DNA of 64,000 nt from the human T2T-CHM13v2.0 reference genome, Homo sapiens. This document shows positions 1 through 14,099 of the stretch, one piece after another. A model generated the notes under the pieces. The model saw only the letters and a program-made list of their open reading frames with translations. It searched no databases and was not told the origin of the DNA. The number at the start of each line of letters is the position of its first letter. Positions within the stretch are counted from its first letter, which is position 1. The position numbers and the translations under genes were made by a program. The DNA is taken from assembly GCF_009914755.1 (NCBI RefSeq), contig NC_060947.1, one strand, 5' to 3'.

Positions 1-712
1 ATGCAAATCAAAAGCACAATGAGACACCAACTCACACCAATCAGAAGGGCTATTATTAAAAGTCAAAAAATAACAGATGCTGTCAAGGTTGTGGGGAAAA
101 GGGAACACTTATACACTGCTTGTGGAAATGTAAATTAGATTAGCCATTGTGAAAAGCAGTTCAGTGATTTCTCAAAGAACTGAAAGCCGAATTTTCACTC
201 AACTCAGCAATCCCATTATAGGGTACATACCCAAAGGAATACACATTGTTCTACCATAAAGACACATGCATGTGCATGTTCATTGCAGCACTATTCACAG
301 TAGCAAAGACATGGAGTCAACCTAAATGCCCATCAATGGTAGAATGGATAAAGAAAATGTGGTACATATACCCTATGAAATACATGGCCTTTCCAGCAAC
401 ATGAATGGAGCTGGAGGGCATTATCCTAAGGAAAATAATGCAGAAACAGCAAACCAAATACTGCATGTTCTCACTTATAAGTTGGAGCTAAACACTGCGT
501 ATGTATGGACACAAAGAAAGGAACAAGCGACACCAGGGCCTAATTGAAGGTGGAGGGTGGGAGGAGTGTGAGGATTGAAAAACTACCTATCGCGTACTGT
601 GCTGATTACCTGGGCGATGAAATAATCTGTAAACCCTACCCCAGTGACACACAATTTATCTATAAGACAAACATGCACATGTACCCCTAAACCTAAAATT
701 AAAGTGAAAAAA
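1..712 (+). mobile_element. L1 (L1PB/old L1PA-like) ORF2 C-terminus and 3' UTR
   Basis: atgcaaatcaaaagcacaatgagacaccaactcacaccaatcagaa..., catgttctcacttataagttggagctaaac, ending in an A-rich tail; typical L1 3' end. Confidence 0.9.
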
Positions 713-1164
713 GAGCTATCTAGAACTGAAAAGTTAAAACAAGCTTCAAAAAAAATGATCTCATGTAAGTATATTTAAAATGTGTGTTTTGCACTACACT
801 GTATACACCATAACAGCAGCTATCATGTCTTTTTGTTCTCCATTGAATCATCAATGCCTGACAGAAAGCCTGGCACATATTAGGTGCTTAATATTTCTTT
901 GTTGACTGATTAAGGCGTCAAATACGTTATTTCAACCTTTACTGTTTACTCCTGGCTAAGGAAGACATTTTTATTTCTAGTCCATTGGATTCGTATGTTT
1001 AGATTGCTAAATTATTACTATGGAAAATATTGAAGGCCAATATTTTGATAGCTGCTAGAGTGCCCATGTTGTACCCTGCATGTTTTTGGAGTTTAAAGAG
1101 AGAGACATAGCCCATGACTTATTCACTCTGTGTTGGGCCACATAATCAAAGTAGCTGACATGTT

Positions 1165-1296
1165 TTTTCCTTCAAGGTTTAAGTTCCGGGTACATGTGCA
1201 GGATATGTAGGTTTGTTACAAAAGTAAACGTGTGCCATGGCGGTTTGCTGCACAGACCAAACCATCACCTAGGTATTAAGCCCAGAATCCATTAGC
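1165..1296 (-). mobile_element. Short L1PA 3' end fragment
   Basis: ggtacatgtgcaggatatgtaggtttgttac...cacctaggtattaagccc is the reverse complement of an L1PA 3' terminus. Confidence 0.8.
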
Positions 1297-2139
1297 ATAA
1301 TCTTATTTGAGATTTTGAATTTAACCATGAATTCCTTATGGAAAACTGATCTAAATTCATAATGTTGTCAAAGATTTTTTTCCTGCATTCTGCTCATATA
1401 TGTATGTAATTTCTATTCGGTTGGAATAATCTTGGTATAATAATAAAAAGGTTCTGAATCCATTTAATAGCCATGTGTAAGAAATAACCATATTTCTCCT
1501 GTCAGCAAAATGCTTATTTTTTTTCCCAGTGACCTAGATATACCCAAAGCCTCTGAGAGTTACTCTGAATTTATTTTGCAAAAATCAATATCAGTTTCCC
1601 TTCCATATTTCTATAGGGAATATTTTCTCTTTGCTTTCCACCTGTCCACAGTAGAAACTTTAGTCAGAGATAAATAATACAGCAACCTTTCCAGATTCAT
1701 CTCCTAGAAAAGAAAGGGATTTTCCACATTGATTCATTAAGTTGAAATATTCTATCCTGAGCAAAGCCCCAAACTGTACTGAAAGCAGATGCTAGCTGGT
1801 GTTTAACATAGGTAAAGACAGATAGATTTTTATCATCTAGTATAATGTGTGCACATAAGACCTTTTTTAGTACTTAATCATTGAATCGTAATTTGAGTTT
1901 AGTAAAATACCTTAAAGATCATTAGTTTCAAAAGACAGCATACAATAATTCCTTACACTTCTTTAGCACTTTGCACATTTCAAAGATTTTCAAATATGAT
2001 AGTACAATTGATCTTCATAACAATCCAATGAGGTAGGTAAGGCAAGAGTACCCCAGGTTCTATTGGTACTTATGATGTTCATTTCTCAACTTCTCTTTGC
2101 ATTCTTCTACCCTAGATACTAGAAAAATGAATTCTTGGT

Positions 2140-2850
2140 TTTCCGGTTCCCTGAAACACGGTTCTAGCCAAAAAGATAAAAAAAGGAAAGAGCTAAGTAG
2201 TGTTCTGAGAAATATCTGTGATTACCGATAAAAGGAGTGACAGATGTAGTTGGTGTAGCCCCTTTCCCTTACCGTCATTTTCTGAAAATGGCATATAATA
2301 TGATGCCTAGAAGTACAGGAGCCATCTTACAGCCAGATGGTAATGATGGTGAAACAGAAAGTTAGAAAGAGCTTGGGTCCCTTAATTCATTGTTGAGTAC
2401 TTAAAACAATGGCTGCAATGGATTATTTTTGGATTTTTTGTTGTTGCTGTTGTGAGAGAAGATAACCTTTATTTGGTCAGGCCACCTGTAGACTGGGTAA
2501 TGTATAAAGAAAAAGAGGTTTAATGGACCCACATTTCCACATGGCTGGGGAGGCCTCACAATCATGGTGGAAGGCGAAGGAGGAGCAAAGGCATGTCTTA
2601 CATGGCTGCAGGCAAGAGAGTGTGTGCAGGAAACTGCCCTTTATACAACCATCAGATATCATGAGACTTATTCACTATGATGAGAACAGCATGAGAAAAC
2701 CTGCCCCCATGATTCAATTACCCCCCACCAGTTACCTCCTATAACACATGAGGATTATGGGAGCTACAACTCACGATGAGATTTTGGTGGGGACACAGCC
2801 AAACCATATCACCATTATTCAGGTACTTTGTTATGTGGTTATACATTCTT
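2140..2850 (+). mobile_element. Old MLT1-type LTR interrupted by a THE1 LTR
   Basis: gccatcttacagcca..., gaaagagcttgggtccc..., gtgagagaagataa; resumes after 2811. Confidence 0.5.
2487..2811 (-). mobile_element. THE1 solo LTR (MaLR)
   Basis: gactgggtaatgtataaagaaaaagaggtttaatggac...ggggacacagccaaaccatatca; short deletion near the left end. Confidence 0.9.
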
Positions 2851-3269
2851 AGCTAATGGAGTTGGGATTCATCATCATTTAATAGATGAGGAAAATGAAA
2901 CCTAAGTGAATTAAACATGCCTATTAATATAATAACAATAGGGTGATGCTTCTTTAGCATTGTGTAGGTTTCAATATGCTAATATATATTAAGTGAAATT
3001 TTAATAAGACTATGAAAATCATGATACTTTTAAAAATAGAGCAAACCTTGGTAAAGGTCTCAGTTACTCCTAGAGTAGAGTGCAATACCATTTTATGGAG
3101 CCTGCCCTGAGCTCTGACAGTTCCCATAGTTATAAAAAAAATCTTGAGGAAAATAGTCATTTCAGAAAATATGGATACACTCCATATTTAGAATTTCTAT
3201 GCTGATAATGGGAAAAAATGCCACATATTTTTTCCAGCTTCACCAATACTGTTCCTATGGATTGTTTCC

Positions 3270-3715
3270 AGTTTGTCTGTAAGGAAGAGTACTTCTACAA
3301 GGATTTGTTTCAAAGTCTCCTGGTAAATATATGTATGCACTTTCCTATGATGTATTTACTCAAGAGTGTAATTGATGGGCTACACAGTGCATGTGTCTTC
3401 AAATTTACTAGATAATTCCCAAATGTTTTTCAAAGTGGTTGTATTAATTGTACACTTCCACCAGAAGATTATTCAAATTTATCTTCCTTAATATCCTCTT
3501 CACCCCTGAATGCTAGCAGATTTCTAAAATTTTGCCAATCTGGAATGAGAGTAATGGTCTCATACTGTGGTTTTAATGTATACTTTTGTGATTACTAATA
3601 AGCTTGAGCACCATTTCAAACACTGATGAGGTATGTAAAATTCCTGTTTTTAAGGAACCATTTAAATCTTTTGTGTGTTTTTCTATAGAGTTGTCTTTTT
3701 CGTATTGATTTGTAG
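3270..3715 (-). mobile_element. Old L1M 3' region fragment
   Basis: tttttcaaagtggttgtattaattgtacacttccaccag..., tctcatactgtggttttaatg. Confidence 0.7.
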
Positions 3716-3868
3716 GATATATATGTATAAGTATATGTATATGTATATATACCCCCCACACACATATACTTACTATATATATATACACATATATATACAC
3801 ACATATATATACACATATATATATACACATATATATATACACATATATATATACACATATATATATAT

Positions 3869-3915
<47 letters not shown>
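3716..3915. repeat. Compound (TA)n/(TATACA)n microsatellite
   Basis: Directly visible; source of the spurious YI-rich ORFs. Confidence 0.97.
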
Positions 3916-3920
<5 letters not shown>

Positions 3921-4119
3921 ACAGTTTTGAGTTTATTGGAGTTTTAAGGGCATTAGTTGTCTCCCTGAGAATCAAACACACACCTAAACTTCCAGCACAA
4001 TTTGTTCTGATTTTATGGTTGCCTTTACATAATTAGATACTTTAGAAAGTTTGATGATTCTCATAATATTTGGATTTGGTTTAATTAAATTTAAATTAAA
4101 TTTAAAGTAATTTGCATAC

Positions 4120-4232
4120 TTTTGTGAGCACCATTTAGATAAGGAGGGTTTCTTCCGTTATAGTCACCTCTTCTCAGATGACAGGACATGGTTTTGGAGA
4201 AGTAGTAGTTTAATTTAAATCACTGCATCCAC
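4120..4232 (-). pseudogene. Candidate decayed exon of the minus-strand pseudogene
   Basis: Minus strand: acceptor ttattgttgcag|, donor |gtatgc; one frame reads GCSDLN*TTTSPKPCPVI*EEVTITEETLLI*MVLTK. Confidence 0.3.
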
Positions 4233-4397
4233 CTGCAACAATAAGTACAACATGTGCCATACAAATATTTTTGGTATATGGAGTTGTTGGTTTCAGCTCC
4301 CATATACATTATTTACCTCTTTCTGCTTATTTGGATTTAATTTGCCCTTTGTTTTTTTTCAGCTTATTAAAGTGGAAACTTGGATTAAGTTTTGTGA

Positions 4398-4736
<339 letters not shown>

Positions 4737-5752
4737 TAATCCTCTAAATTTTCATTTAATCACTACCTTGGCTGCATCTCACAAATGTTGATAAATTGTG
4801 TTTTTATTTTCATTCATTTAAAAATGCTACCTAATTTTTTTTCTTTGACCCATGGTTTATTTTGAGGTGTGTTATTTAGTGTCCAAGTATTTGGGTGTTT
4901 TCCTGATATATCTCCAATTTGGAATTCTAATTTCATTTCTTTGTGGTCAGAAATAATATTTTGTATGATTTGAATTTTTTTGAAATTCGATGAGCTTTCC
5001 TTATGGCCCAGAATATGGTTTATATCAGTATATATTCTATATGAATTGAATTAATGTTTATACTCATGTTGTTGGATGGGGTATTTGATAAATATCAGTT
5101 AGATAAATGTGGTTGAAAGTATTGTTCAGTTCTTCAGTGTCCTTACTGATTTTCTTTCTAATGATTGCATTTATTACTAGGAAAAGAATGTTGAAGTCTC
5201 CAAATGTAATTGTGGATTCTTTTATTTCTTCTTTCAGGTCTATTATTTGAAGCTCTATTGTTAGGTGCACATACACTTAGGATTGTTATGTTGTCTGATC
5301 TTTTTATAATTATGTAATGTCCCCCTTTATCTCTGGTAATAGTCCTTGAAGTGTATATTGTGTAATATTAATATAGCTACTCTATCCTTCTTTAGATGTT
5401 TGTTTTCATACTATATATTTTTCTCCTTTTAATGTATCTATGTCTTTAATTTTAAATGATTTCTAGTATGTAGCAAATATATGCGTCTTTCTACTAAAAT
5501 CCAACTTGTATTTTATTTTGTGTCCTAGGTACTTTATAGTTAAATAACAATTATGGTTAGATTAAAATCTACCATCTTGCTAGTAGTTTGCTACTTGTTA
5601 CATCTTTGTGTCCTTTTTCTTCCTTTATACCTTCTTTTGAATTCATTTTTATATTCCATTTACTCTTCACCATTAAACAGGGTAAATTGTCTTCAGCTAT
5701 TTCTTCTTCCCTAGCATTTCTTCTTCTACAATTCCAGTTACACATATGCTAG

Positions 5753-6482
5753 TGTTACAGGTAGTTAGGTTGGCATGAGTGGGACACTAGAGGGCTCTTC
5801 TCTCCCACCCACTGGGGATGTCAGGGGATGGTTTGACAATTATCACACTGTCTCTCTAAAAATGATAATTGGGCAGCCCCACGCCCCCACCTCCCCATCG
5901 CCCCGTACCAGGGAGAAGCCATTTCCTGGTGACCCACAGCTATTGCCATTAAAGTGTTAATTGTATGCAGATGCCAGGGAGAAGAAACGTCCTGGGCTTG
6001 GGCACTAAGAGATAAAACTGGGAAATATGACCTTCTGGGGACACTCCACCGGAGAAAGGGAAGAAAGCCTCAGATGGGCATGGATACAACTTACGAAACA
6101 CACCGTGTGTGCTCACTTCCCAAGGGTGAGAAGAGCACCTTGTATATGGGAAGCCCACCCTAAGGGAAGAACCATGGAAAAGAGGTGAGCCTATAAATTC
6201 CTAGGACCAAGCAAGGTTAGATGCCTCTTTTTGACCCTCTTTGACCTTCAGGCGCCCTCACTGGATCTCTTCCAAGTGAACTTTTCTTTCTTTGCTGTTC
6301 TAAACCCTTTGTAAATAAACTTTCATGCCTGCTCTGAAACTTGCCTTGGTCTCTTTTTCTGCTTTATGCCCCACAGTGGAATTCTTTTTTCTGAGAAGGC
6401 AAGAACTGAAGTGGCTGCAGACCCTTATGGATACACCACCGTAAGTTACTCGAGGTAACTCAAATCTCTTCTACCGGTAACA
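5753..6482 (+). mobile_element. ERV1 solo LTR, MER50-like
   Basis: tgttac...gtaaca inverted termini, 4-bp TSD ctag (5749-5752, 6483-6486), internal tataaa and aataaa. Confidence 0.85.
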
Positions 6483-7709
6483 CTAGGCTGTTTTTATAGT
6501 CTCACAAATATTGGATGTTCTCTTTGCTTTTTTTCCCCCACTCTTCTTGTTCTGCTTCACTTTGGATAATTTCTCTTGATTTATCTTCTTCAAGTTCAGT
6601 GATACTTTTCTCAGCATGTTCCACTCTAGTAATTAGTCTATAATTTGAAACTCTTTGCTGTAATTATCCATTTAACCATGGACGTTTTTCTTTTCCATTA
6701 GAGCCTTTTATCATTTTAGTCATAGTTATTTTCAGTTTCGTGTCTGACATAGTTCCAACAGCTCTGTCATATCTGAATCTAGTTCTGTTGATTTCTTAGT
6801 GTCTTGACACTGTTTTTCTTTTTCTTGCTTCTTCTCCCTCAAAATTTTTTGTTGAAAGCTGGATTTTTTTTTTTTTGTAGAAAATAGGGACTAGGGTAAA
6901 TACATTTTATGGCTGTAAATAAGCGTATTTTTTCTTCTGCTAGGCGCTTAGTGTGGGGTATTAAGTCAATATAGTCTGCAGTTGAGCTGTTTGAGTTTTG
7001 TTCCTGCTATGGTTACTCTCAGTGCACAGCAGGATTCAAAAATCCACTTGTTTTGCTTTGTATTTAGGATGAGGACAGGTTTGTCAAAGGGATTTTTCAC
7101 AATGCCCTTTCCACCTTTAGCTTTAGGTCTGAACTGTTGCATGTACACCAGAGAGCGTTTGTCTCTGCGTTCTTGTCCCTTCCCCAGTTTATACTGAGCA
7201 AGTATATTGCTGTCATTTGGTATTGTAAACCTGTTACACTAGGATGATGGTGGGGATGTCACAAAGCATTCTCTTCTTTTCATCTAGCCTCAGTTTTAGG
7301 CCTTAATATACCTTATGTGTTTCTGAGTCTTCAAGTGAGACCATGTCAAAGACTTTCCTGCTGTCCATTATGGCCAGTCTCAAATGATCTGGGCCCAGGA
7401 CACAATCCTGTCTCTCTCCTACAGCTAGAAAATTATTTTTCTTTTTAGTTCCCTAAGCTATGTTTGGTCTTCTGTAGTTTCCTATGGGCAGCAGTGTTAA
7501 TTGCTATTTCCCCAGCAGGTTAAGCCTTTTGTTTTATAGGGGAGTGAGAGGAGAAAAATGTAGAAGGTCCTCATTTACTTCCATCAGTGGCTACAGTGCT
7601 CTTTCCTCAAGCCAGCACCACAGCAAATAGTGTCTCAGTACTCTCTCCCTGTACCATACCTTTCTCTTGAGCATCTGGTGAAGACTGTGAGTGGTAAAAG
7701 TTCCTTTGT

Positions 7710-10700
7710 CTGAGACTTATAGACTTACTATAGCTATTAATGATTATTCAAATTTTTGCAGTATGAGTTGTATTGTCTCCTTTTTCATCTCTGACATTAT
7801 TTGGATTTTTTTTAGTCTGGCTAAAAGTTTGTTAATTTTGTGTAACTTTTCAATAAATCACCTTTTTGTTTCATTGATCTTTGTTTTATTTCTTCAGTTT
7901 TATTTATTTATGCTCTGATCTTTATTATTTCTCTTCTTCTAATATTACATTTGTTTTGTTTTTGCAGGCACTTATAGCTATAAACTTTCCTTGTAGTACT
8001 GTTATTGCTGTGTTTCATAGGTTTTGGTATGCTGTGTTTTGATTATAATTGGTTTCAAATTTTTTTTCAATTTCCTTCTTAATTTCTTCATTGGCCCACT
8101 TGTCATTTAGAAGCATATGATTTAATTTCTATATATTTGTATAGTTTCCAATATTCCTCTTCTTATTGATTTTCATCTTATTCAACTGTGGTCAAAGATG
8201 CTTAATATTATTTCCATTTGTTAAATGGTTTATTTAACAATGTTAAATGGTTAAATTTGTTAAATGGTTAATTGTTTTTGGCCTAACATATGGTCAGTCC
8301 TTGAAAATAATCGATATTCTTAGGAAAAGAATGTGTATTCTACAGCCACGAATGAATTAGTCTGTAAGCATTTATCTCTTCAATCAATTTGGTCTATCGT
8401 GCAAATTAAGTCCAATGTTTATTTCCTGATTTTCTGTCTGGAAGATCTGTCCAAAGCTGGAAATGGGGTGCTGAAGACTCTAGCTGTTATTGTATTGGGG
8501 TATCTCTCTTTAGCTATAATAATATTTGCTTTATATATCAGGGTGGCACAGTATTGGGTTCATATATATTTACATTTGTTATATTCTCTTTTTTAGTCCA
8601 CCTGCTCATCATTACATAGTGACTTTTTTTGTCTCTTCTTATACCTTTTTTTAATCTGCTTTTTCTGATATAAGCTTAGCTATTTTTGCTTCTTTTTGTT
8701 TGTTTGTTTGTTTCTTTTGGCATGGAATATCTTTCCATCCCTTTATTTTCATTCTATGTGTGTCTTTAGAGGTGAAGTGTGTTTTTTGTGGGAAACGGGT
8801 TATTCACTGCATCTTGTTTTTTCATCCACTGAGCCATTCTATGTCTTTTGACTAGAGTTTAGTTCATTTACATTCAACATTACTATTGATAAGTAAAGGC
8901 TTACTCCTATCATTTTGTTATTTGTTTTCTCATTGTTTTATAGTCTTTTCTTCCTTCTTTCTTTCCTTCTTCTCTTTCTTTAGTGAAGGTAATCTTCTCT
9001 GGTGATATAATTTAATTTCTTGCTTTTTATTTTTTGTGTATCCATTTTTTGTTTTTTGGTTTTATGTTACCATAAGGTTTGCAAATACTATTTTATAACC
9101 CATTATTTTAACCTGATAACTTCACATTGTTTGCATAACCAATAAAAAATACAAACTCTACATCTTTACATTTCCCCCCTTATCTTTTCCCTGTATTTAT
9201 TTACATCTTATTGAATTATGTCTTGAAAAGTTGTTGTAGTTATCATTTTTGATGGGTTCACCATTATTTTATCCTGACGATAAGAATAGTTTACATACCT
9301 GAGTTACAGTATTATAATATATTGTGTTTTTCAGTGTACTTGCTATAACCAGTGAGTTTTATACCATCAGGTGATTACTTATTGCTCATTAACATCATTT
9401 CTTTTCTGATTGATGTATTTGCTTTAGCATTTCTTATAGGCCAGGTATGATGTAGATTAAATTCGTCAGCTTTTGTTTTTCTGGTAAAGTGTTTGTTTTC
9501 CATTCATGTTTGAAGGATATTTTCACTGAATATGATATTTAGAGTAAAAGTTATTTTTCCTCAGCACTGTAAATATATCATGCCACTCTCTCCTGGATTG
9601 TATGGTTTCTACTAGAAAGTCTGTTACCAGATGTATTGGAGCTCCATTTTATGTTATTTGCTTCTTTTCTCTTGATGCTTTTAGGATCCCTTGTTTACCT
9701 TTGATCTTTGGAGTTTTATTGTTAAATTCCTTGTGGCAGTCTTCTTTGGGTTATATCTTCATGTTCTATAACATTTTTATACTTGAATATTGATATTTTT
9801 GTTTAGGTTCGGGGAATTCTCTGTTGCTATTTTTTTGAATAATCTCTCTACCCCTCTCTCTTTGTCTACCTCCTCTTTAACACTTAGACTTACCCTGTTA
9901 AGGGTTTTTTCTAGATCTTGTAGGCATGCTTCATTGGTTTTTGTTTGCATGTTTGTTTTGTCTCCTCTGACTGTGTATTTTCAAAGAGCTTGACTTCAAC
10001 CTCATTAATTTTTTTTTTTCTGCTTGATAAATTCTGCTATTAAGAGACTCGGGTGCATTCTTCACTATGCTAATTGCATTTCTCCGCTCCAGCATTTCTG
10101 CTTGATTCTTTGCATTTCAATCTCTTTGTTAAATCTATCTGATAGAATTCTGAGTTTCCTACCTGTGTAATATTGAAATTCTTTCAGTTTCCTCAACATA
10201 TATATTTTGAATTTTCTGTTTGAAAGGTCCCATATCTCTTTCTTCAAGATGGGTTCCTGGTGACTTATTTAGTCCATTGTGTGGTTATGTTTTCTGAATA
10301 CTTTGCTTGGTTATGTTTGTCTTCATACTTTGTGTATGTCTGGGGATGGAAGAGTTAGGTATTTATTTTACTCTTCACTGTCTGGGCTTGTTTGTACCCT
10401 TCCTTCTTGGGAAGTCTTTCCAGATATTCACAATGACTTGAGGGTTGTGATATAAGCTGTATATGCTTATGGGGTTTCTCAAGCACAGTAACGTGGTTCT
10501 TCCAGACTTGTAGAGGTACTGCTGTGACAGTCTTGAACACAACCTGGAAGAGTAATCTTCCCTTACTTTATCTTAAACAAACGGAATGTCTCTTTCTGTT
10601 CACAGCCACTTGATGCTGGGGGTGGAGTGACACAAGCACCCCTCTGGTCACCACCCCTAGGACTGCACTGGGTCAGACCTCTAGTCATCACAACAGTGGG

Positions 10701-12350
10701 TCTCACCCAAGGCCTGCAGTAACCACTCCCTGGCTACTTTTTGTTTGCTCAAGACCCTGAATTCTAAAATAAGCAGGTGACAGATATATCCAGTCCTGTG
10801 TCCTTCCCTTCAGGGCAGTGAGATTCCCCAGGCCCTGGGTGGGTCCAGAGGTACCATCAAGAGCAAGGGACCAGACTCAAAAACCTTAGATTCCTACCTG
10901 GTGCTCTGTTCTACTGTGGCTAAGCTGGTACTCAAACTGCAAGACACCATCCTTACCACTCTTTCTTCCCCTTCCCAAAAGTAGAGGAGCCTCACCTTGT
11001 GGCCACTGCCACCACAGGCTGAATGGGAGCACTGTCAGACTACTGCCAATGTTCCTTTAATGCCCAAGGGCTCTCCAGTCAGCTTTTGATAAATGCTGCC
11101 TGGCCTGGGACTCAAACTTCAGAGCAGTGGGCTATCTTCCAGCCTAGGGCAGTTACAGAAATGGCGTCGAGGAACCATGTCCTGGAATCAGGGATCCTGA
11201 GAGCCTGCGTGGTGCTTGACACTGCTGTGACCGAGCTGGTACCTAGATGCAATATAAAGTGCCCGTTATTTTCTCTTTGCTTTTCTCAAGCAGAAGGAGT
11301 TTTGTCCTATAGCTACCACAGTTGTTAATGTGCTGAGTCTTAACTGAATCCAGCACATCTCAGAGGCTCACCCAAAGCCCTCAATGCAGTACCTGGGTAT
11401 CACTGCTCATTATTCAGGACCCAAGGGCTCTTCAGTTAGGAGGGGATGAATGCTGCCAAGGCTGGTCCTTCCCTCCAAAACAACAGGTTCCCTTCTGGCC
11501 CGGGGTGTGTATAGAAATACTATCTGGGAGCTAGGTCCTGGAAAGAGGGCCTCATGATTCTGACCAATTTTATATTCTGCTGTGCCTGAGCAGGTATCCA
11601 ATATGCAAAACAAACTCCTCCCCATTCTTTTCTCTCCTCTCCTTAAGTGGAAGAAAGGGTTTTTTTTTTGTTTTTGTTTTTGTTTTTGTTTTTCATAGCT
11701 GTGAGCTTTGTAGCCTTGGGTTAGGGGACAAGTGATGCCAGCACTTCCTTAAGCCTGGTGTCTCAGTAGGTCATGTGCCCCCCAGTCTACTGGTTCTGGG
11801 ATCAGTTCAGCAGTAGCACTTGCCTCAGTGTTGCAGTTCTTTTGGCCTAGACTGTATTTCACAATTATTTAGATCCCCATTGTACTTTAGGCTGTGGTGG
11901 TGAGGCTTGCAGTAATTCAAATTCTGAACACTGGGATCAGTGACTCTCCTCTGGCTAGAGCTGGTTTGACTGCTCCCTCCAGGGAAGGCATTGGCTGAGT
12001 TTGGTCTGGTTTTACATTCTGCTCTAACAGGACAGCACTGAGTTTAGTGCCTTACAATTGTTGCGTTCTCCCTCTCCCAGCACTCAGAAATGCTCTCTGG
12101 ATCATGCCGCCACTGCCAGGTTATAAATTAGGGGTAGTGTCTGCAACTTGAGACTGTTTCTTTTTACCACTTCTGTGCCTCTTTCAGCATTACAAAGTGA
12201 AAACCAGGTACTTTGAGTGCTCACCTGATTTTTAATTTTTATAAAGGTGTTTCTTTTGTGCAGATATTAATAGTTGTTGAATTGGTGTCCTTCTTGGGGA
12301 AACGATCAGTGGAGCCTTCAATTCAACTGTCTTGCTATGCCTCTTTGCCC
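7710..12350 (-). mobile_element. Old L1 (L1MA/L1M2-like): ORF2 N-terminal part, ORF1 and long 5' UTR
   Basis: ORF 10065..10247 DLSNRKFKIYMLRKLKEFQ...ILSDRFNKEIE is L1 ORF1; GC-richer 5' UTR at about 10560-12340. Confidence 0.85.
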
Positions 12351-12853
12351 CAGAGTGGAATTTCTGAATTATACGGTAGTTGTATGTTGAATATTCCGTG
12401 GAACTGGTAGTGTTTTCAAAATTATACATATTATATATAATTTTGTTAAAAAGTAAATTGCTTGAACCATGAATGATTATTTACTTATCATAAAATTGAT
12501 ACTGAATCTGCCAGTGCTCGATTTCCATTTGCTAGCTTTTTTTATTCTAGCCTTTTGTAATCACTTTTCCTATTTTCTGTATTAGTATACTCAATTTTCA
12601 GCTCACTTTTGATAATAATAGTAAAAGATCAAATAATTGTATAATCTCTGACTTTTTGTTAGTGCAATACTTATGCTTTCCAGTACTTGGCATTCCTTGT
12701 TGAAACAGTTTATTTTAATTAATAGCACTTTTAATTTTCTATTACTATCTAAAATTTAGTTCTATCCATGTCTATATGGAATCACTGCCAATTGATTCAG
12801 TATAAATAAATTTAATTCACTGAATAAATAAAAATAAATTTTTTGTATATTCT

Positions 12854-13148
12854 TTTTTTTTTTTTTTTTTTGAGACAGAGTCTGCTCTGATGCCCAGGCT
12901 GGAGTACAGTGGTGCAATCTCTGCTCACTGCAAGCTCTGCCTCCTGGGTTCATGCCATTCTCCTGCCTCAGCCTCCTGAGTAGCTGGGACTACAGGCTCC
13001 CGCCACCACACCTGGCTAATTTTTATTTTTAGTAGAGACGGGGTTTCACCGTGTTAGCCAGGATGGTCTTGATCTCCTGACCTCGTGATCTGCCCACCTC
13101 GGCCTCCCAAAGTGCTGGGATTACAGGCGTGAGCCAACGCGCCCGGCC
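12854..13148 (-). mobile_element. AluY-like, full length
   Basis: Diagnostic gcaagctctgcctcctgggttcatgccattc and accgtgttagccaggatggtc; TSD ttttttgYatattct on both sides. Confidence 0.95.
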
Positions 13149-13166
13149 TTTTTTGCATATTCTTAC

Positions 13167-13300
13167 ACATTAAACAAAAATTATTTGGCCACATGTTTTT
13201 ATTCAACCTCTTGTGCTGGTAATTTGTGTATTAACAAAGAAGATACAGCATTAGTTAACTGTGGAGTAGATTTTAGACAATTAATTTTCTGGTTCTATAC
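13167..13300 (-). pseudogene. Candidate decayed exon
   Basis: Acceptor ttgctttacatatttag|, donor |gtaaga; best frame [26 protein letters not shown]; stops in all frames. Confidence 0.25.
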
Positions 13301-13546
13301 CTAAATATGTAAAGCAAGTATACAATGTATGTTAATTCATGGCATTTTAATCAGTAAAGTATAACAATAATAAGATATTCAATATTCCTAAAAACACTAG
13401 ACATTTAAATATAGCATTTGATAATTATTGCTTGACATATTCATTATTTATAAATAATAACAAATAGGAATATAATATATTTGTTAAATTTTTAAAAAGA
13501 AAAATATTTACTTGTAATCACTTGATGAATTCAGTCCATTAAGTAC

Positions 13547-13905
13547 TGATATGGTTTGGCTGTGTCCCCATCCAAATCTCATCTTGAATTCTCCCATGTT
13601 GTGGGAGGGAACTGGTGGGAGGTAATTGAGTCATGGGGATAAGTCTTTTCTGTGCTGTTCTTGTGATAGTGAATAAGTTTCACGAGATCTGATGGTTTTA
13701 ATAAGAGACACTCCCCTGCACAAGATCTCTCTCTCTTTGCCTGCTGCCATCCATGTAAGACATGACTTGCTCCTCCTTACCTCCTACAATGACTGTGAGG
13801 CTTCCCCAGCCACGTGCAACTGTAAGTCCAATTAAACCTCTTTCTTTTGTAAATTGCCCAGTCTTGGGTATATCTTTATCAGCAGCATAAAAATGGACTA
13901 ATACA
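13547..13905 (+). mobile_element. THE1B-like solo LTR
   Basis: tgatatggtttggctgtgtcccc...atggactaataca; TSD agtac/aggac. Confidence 0.95.
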
Positions 13906-14099
13906 AGGACCTTGTAAATTAATGTTTACTATTTCGCACTTTGTTTCCTATTTGTCTGACCTCCTTCACTGAGGTCTTATTAAAACTTTTCACCAATGGT
14001 TAAAGTAGAAATAAATATATGGCAGGCGTAAGTGGGTCAATACTGGAGAAAATGGAAATAGCATTTAATAGCATAATTATTCTGATGTATACTATAGAA

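Noticed and set aside
1300-1703. Minus-strand acceptor followed by GDESGKVAVLFISD* (WD40- or CatSper-like impression)
   Set aside because: Frequent stops in all frames and only a short chance-level resemblance; it could belong to the pseudogene but I cannot support that.
2954-3210. Minus-strand ORF with donor-like AAG|gtttgc
   Set aside because: No clear acceptor or recognisable motif; too weak to call.
3573-3981. YI/VC-rich ORFs (also at 27965-28269 and 60816-61096)
   Set aside because: These are translations of dinucleotide microsatellites.
12440-12760. A-rich minus-strand island with short open frames
   Set aside because: No single consistent frame or clear donor; not distinguishable from AT-rich background by eye.
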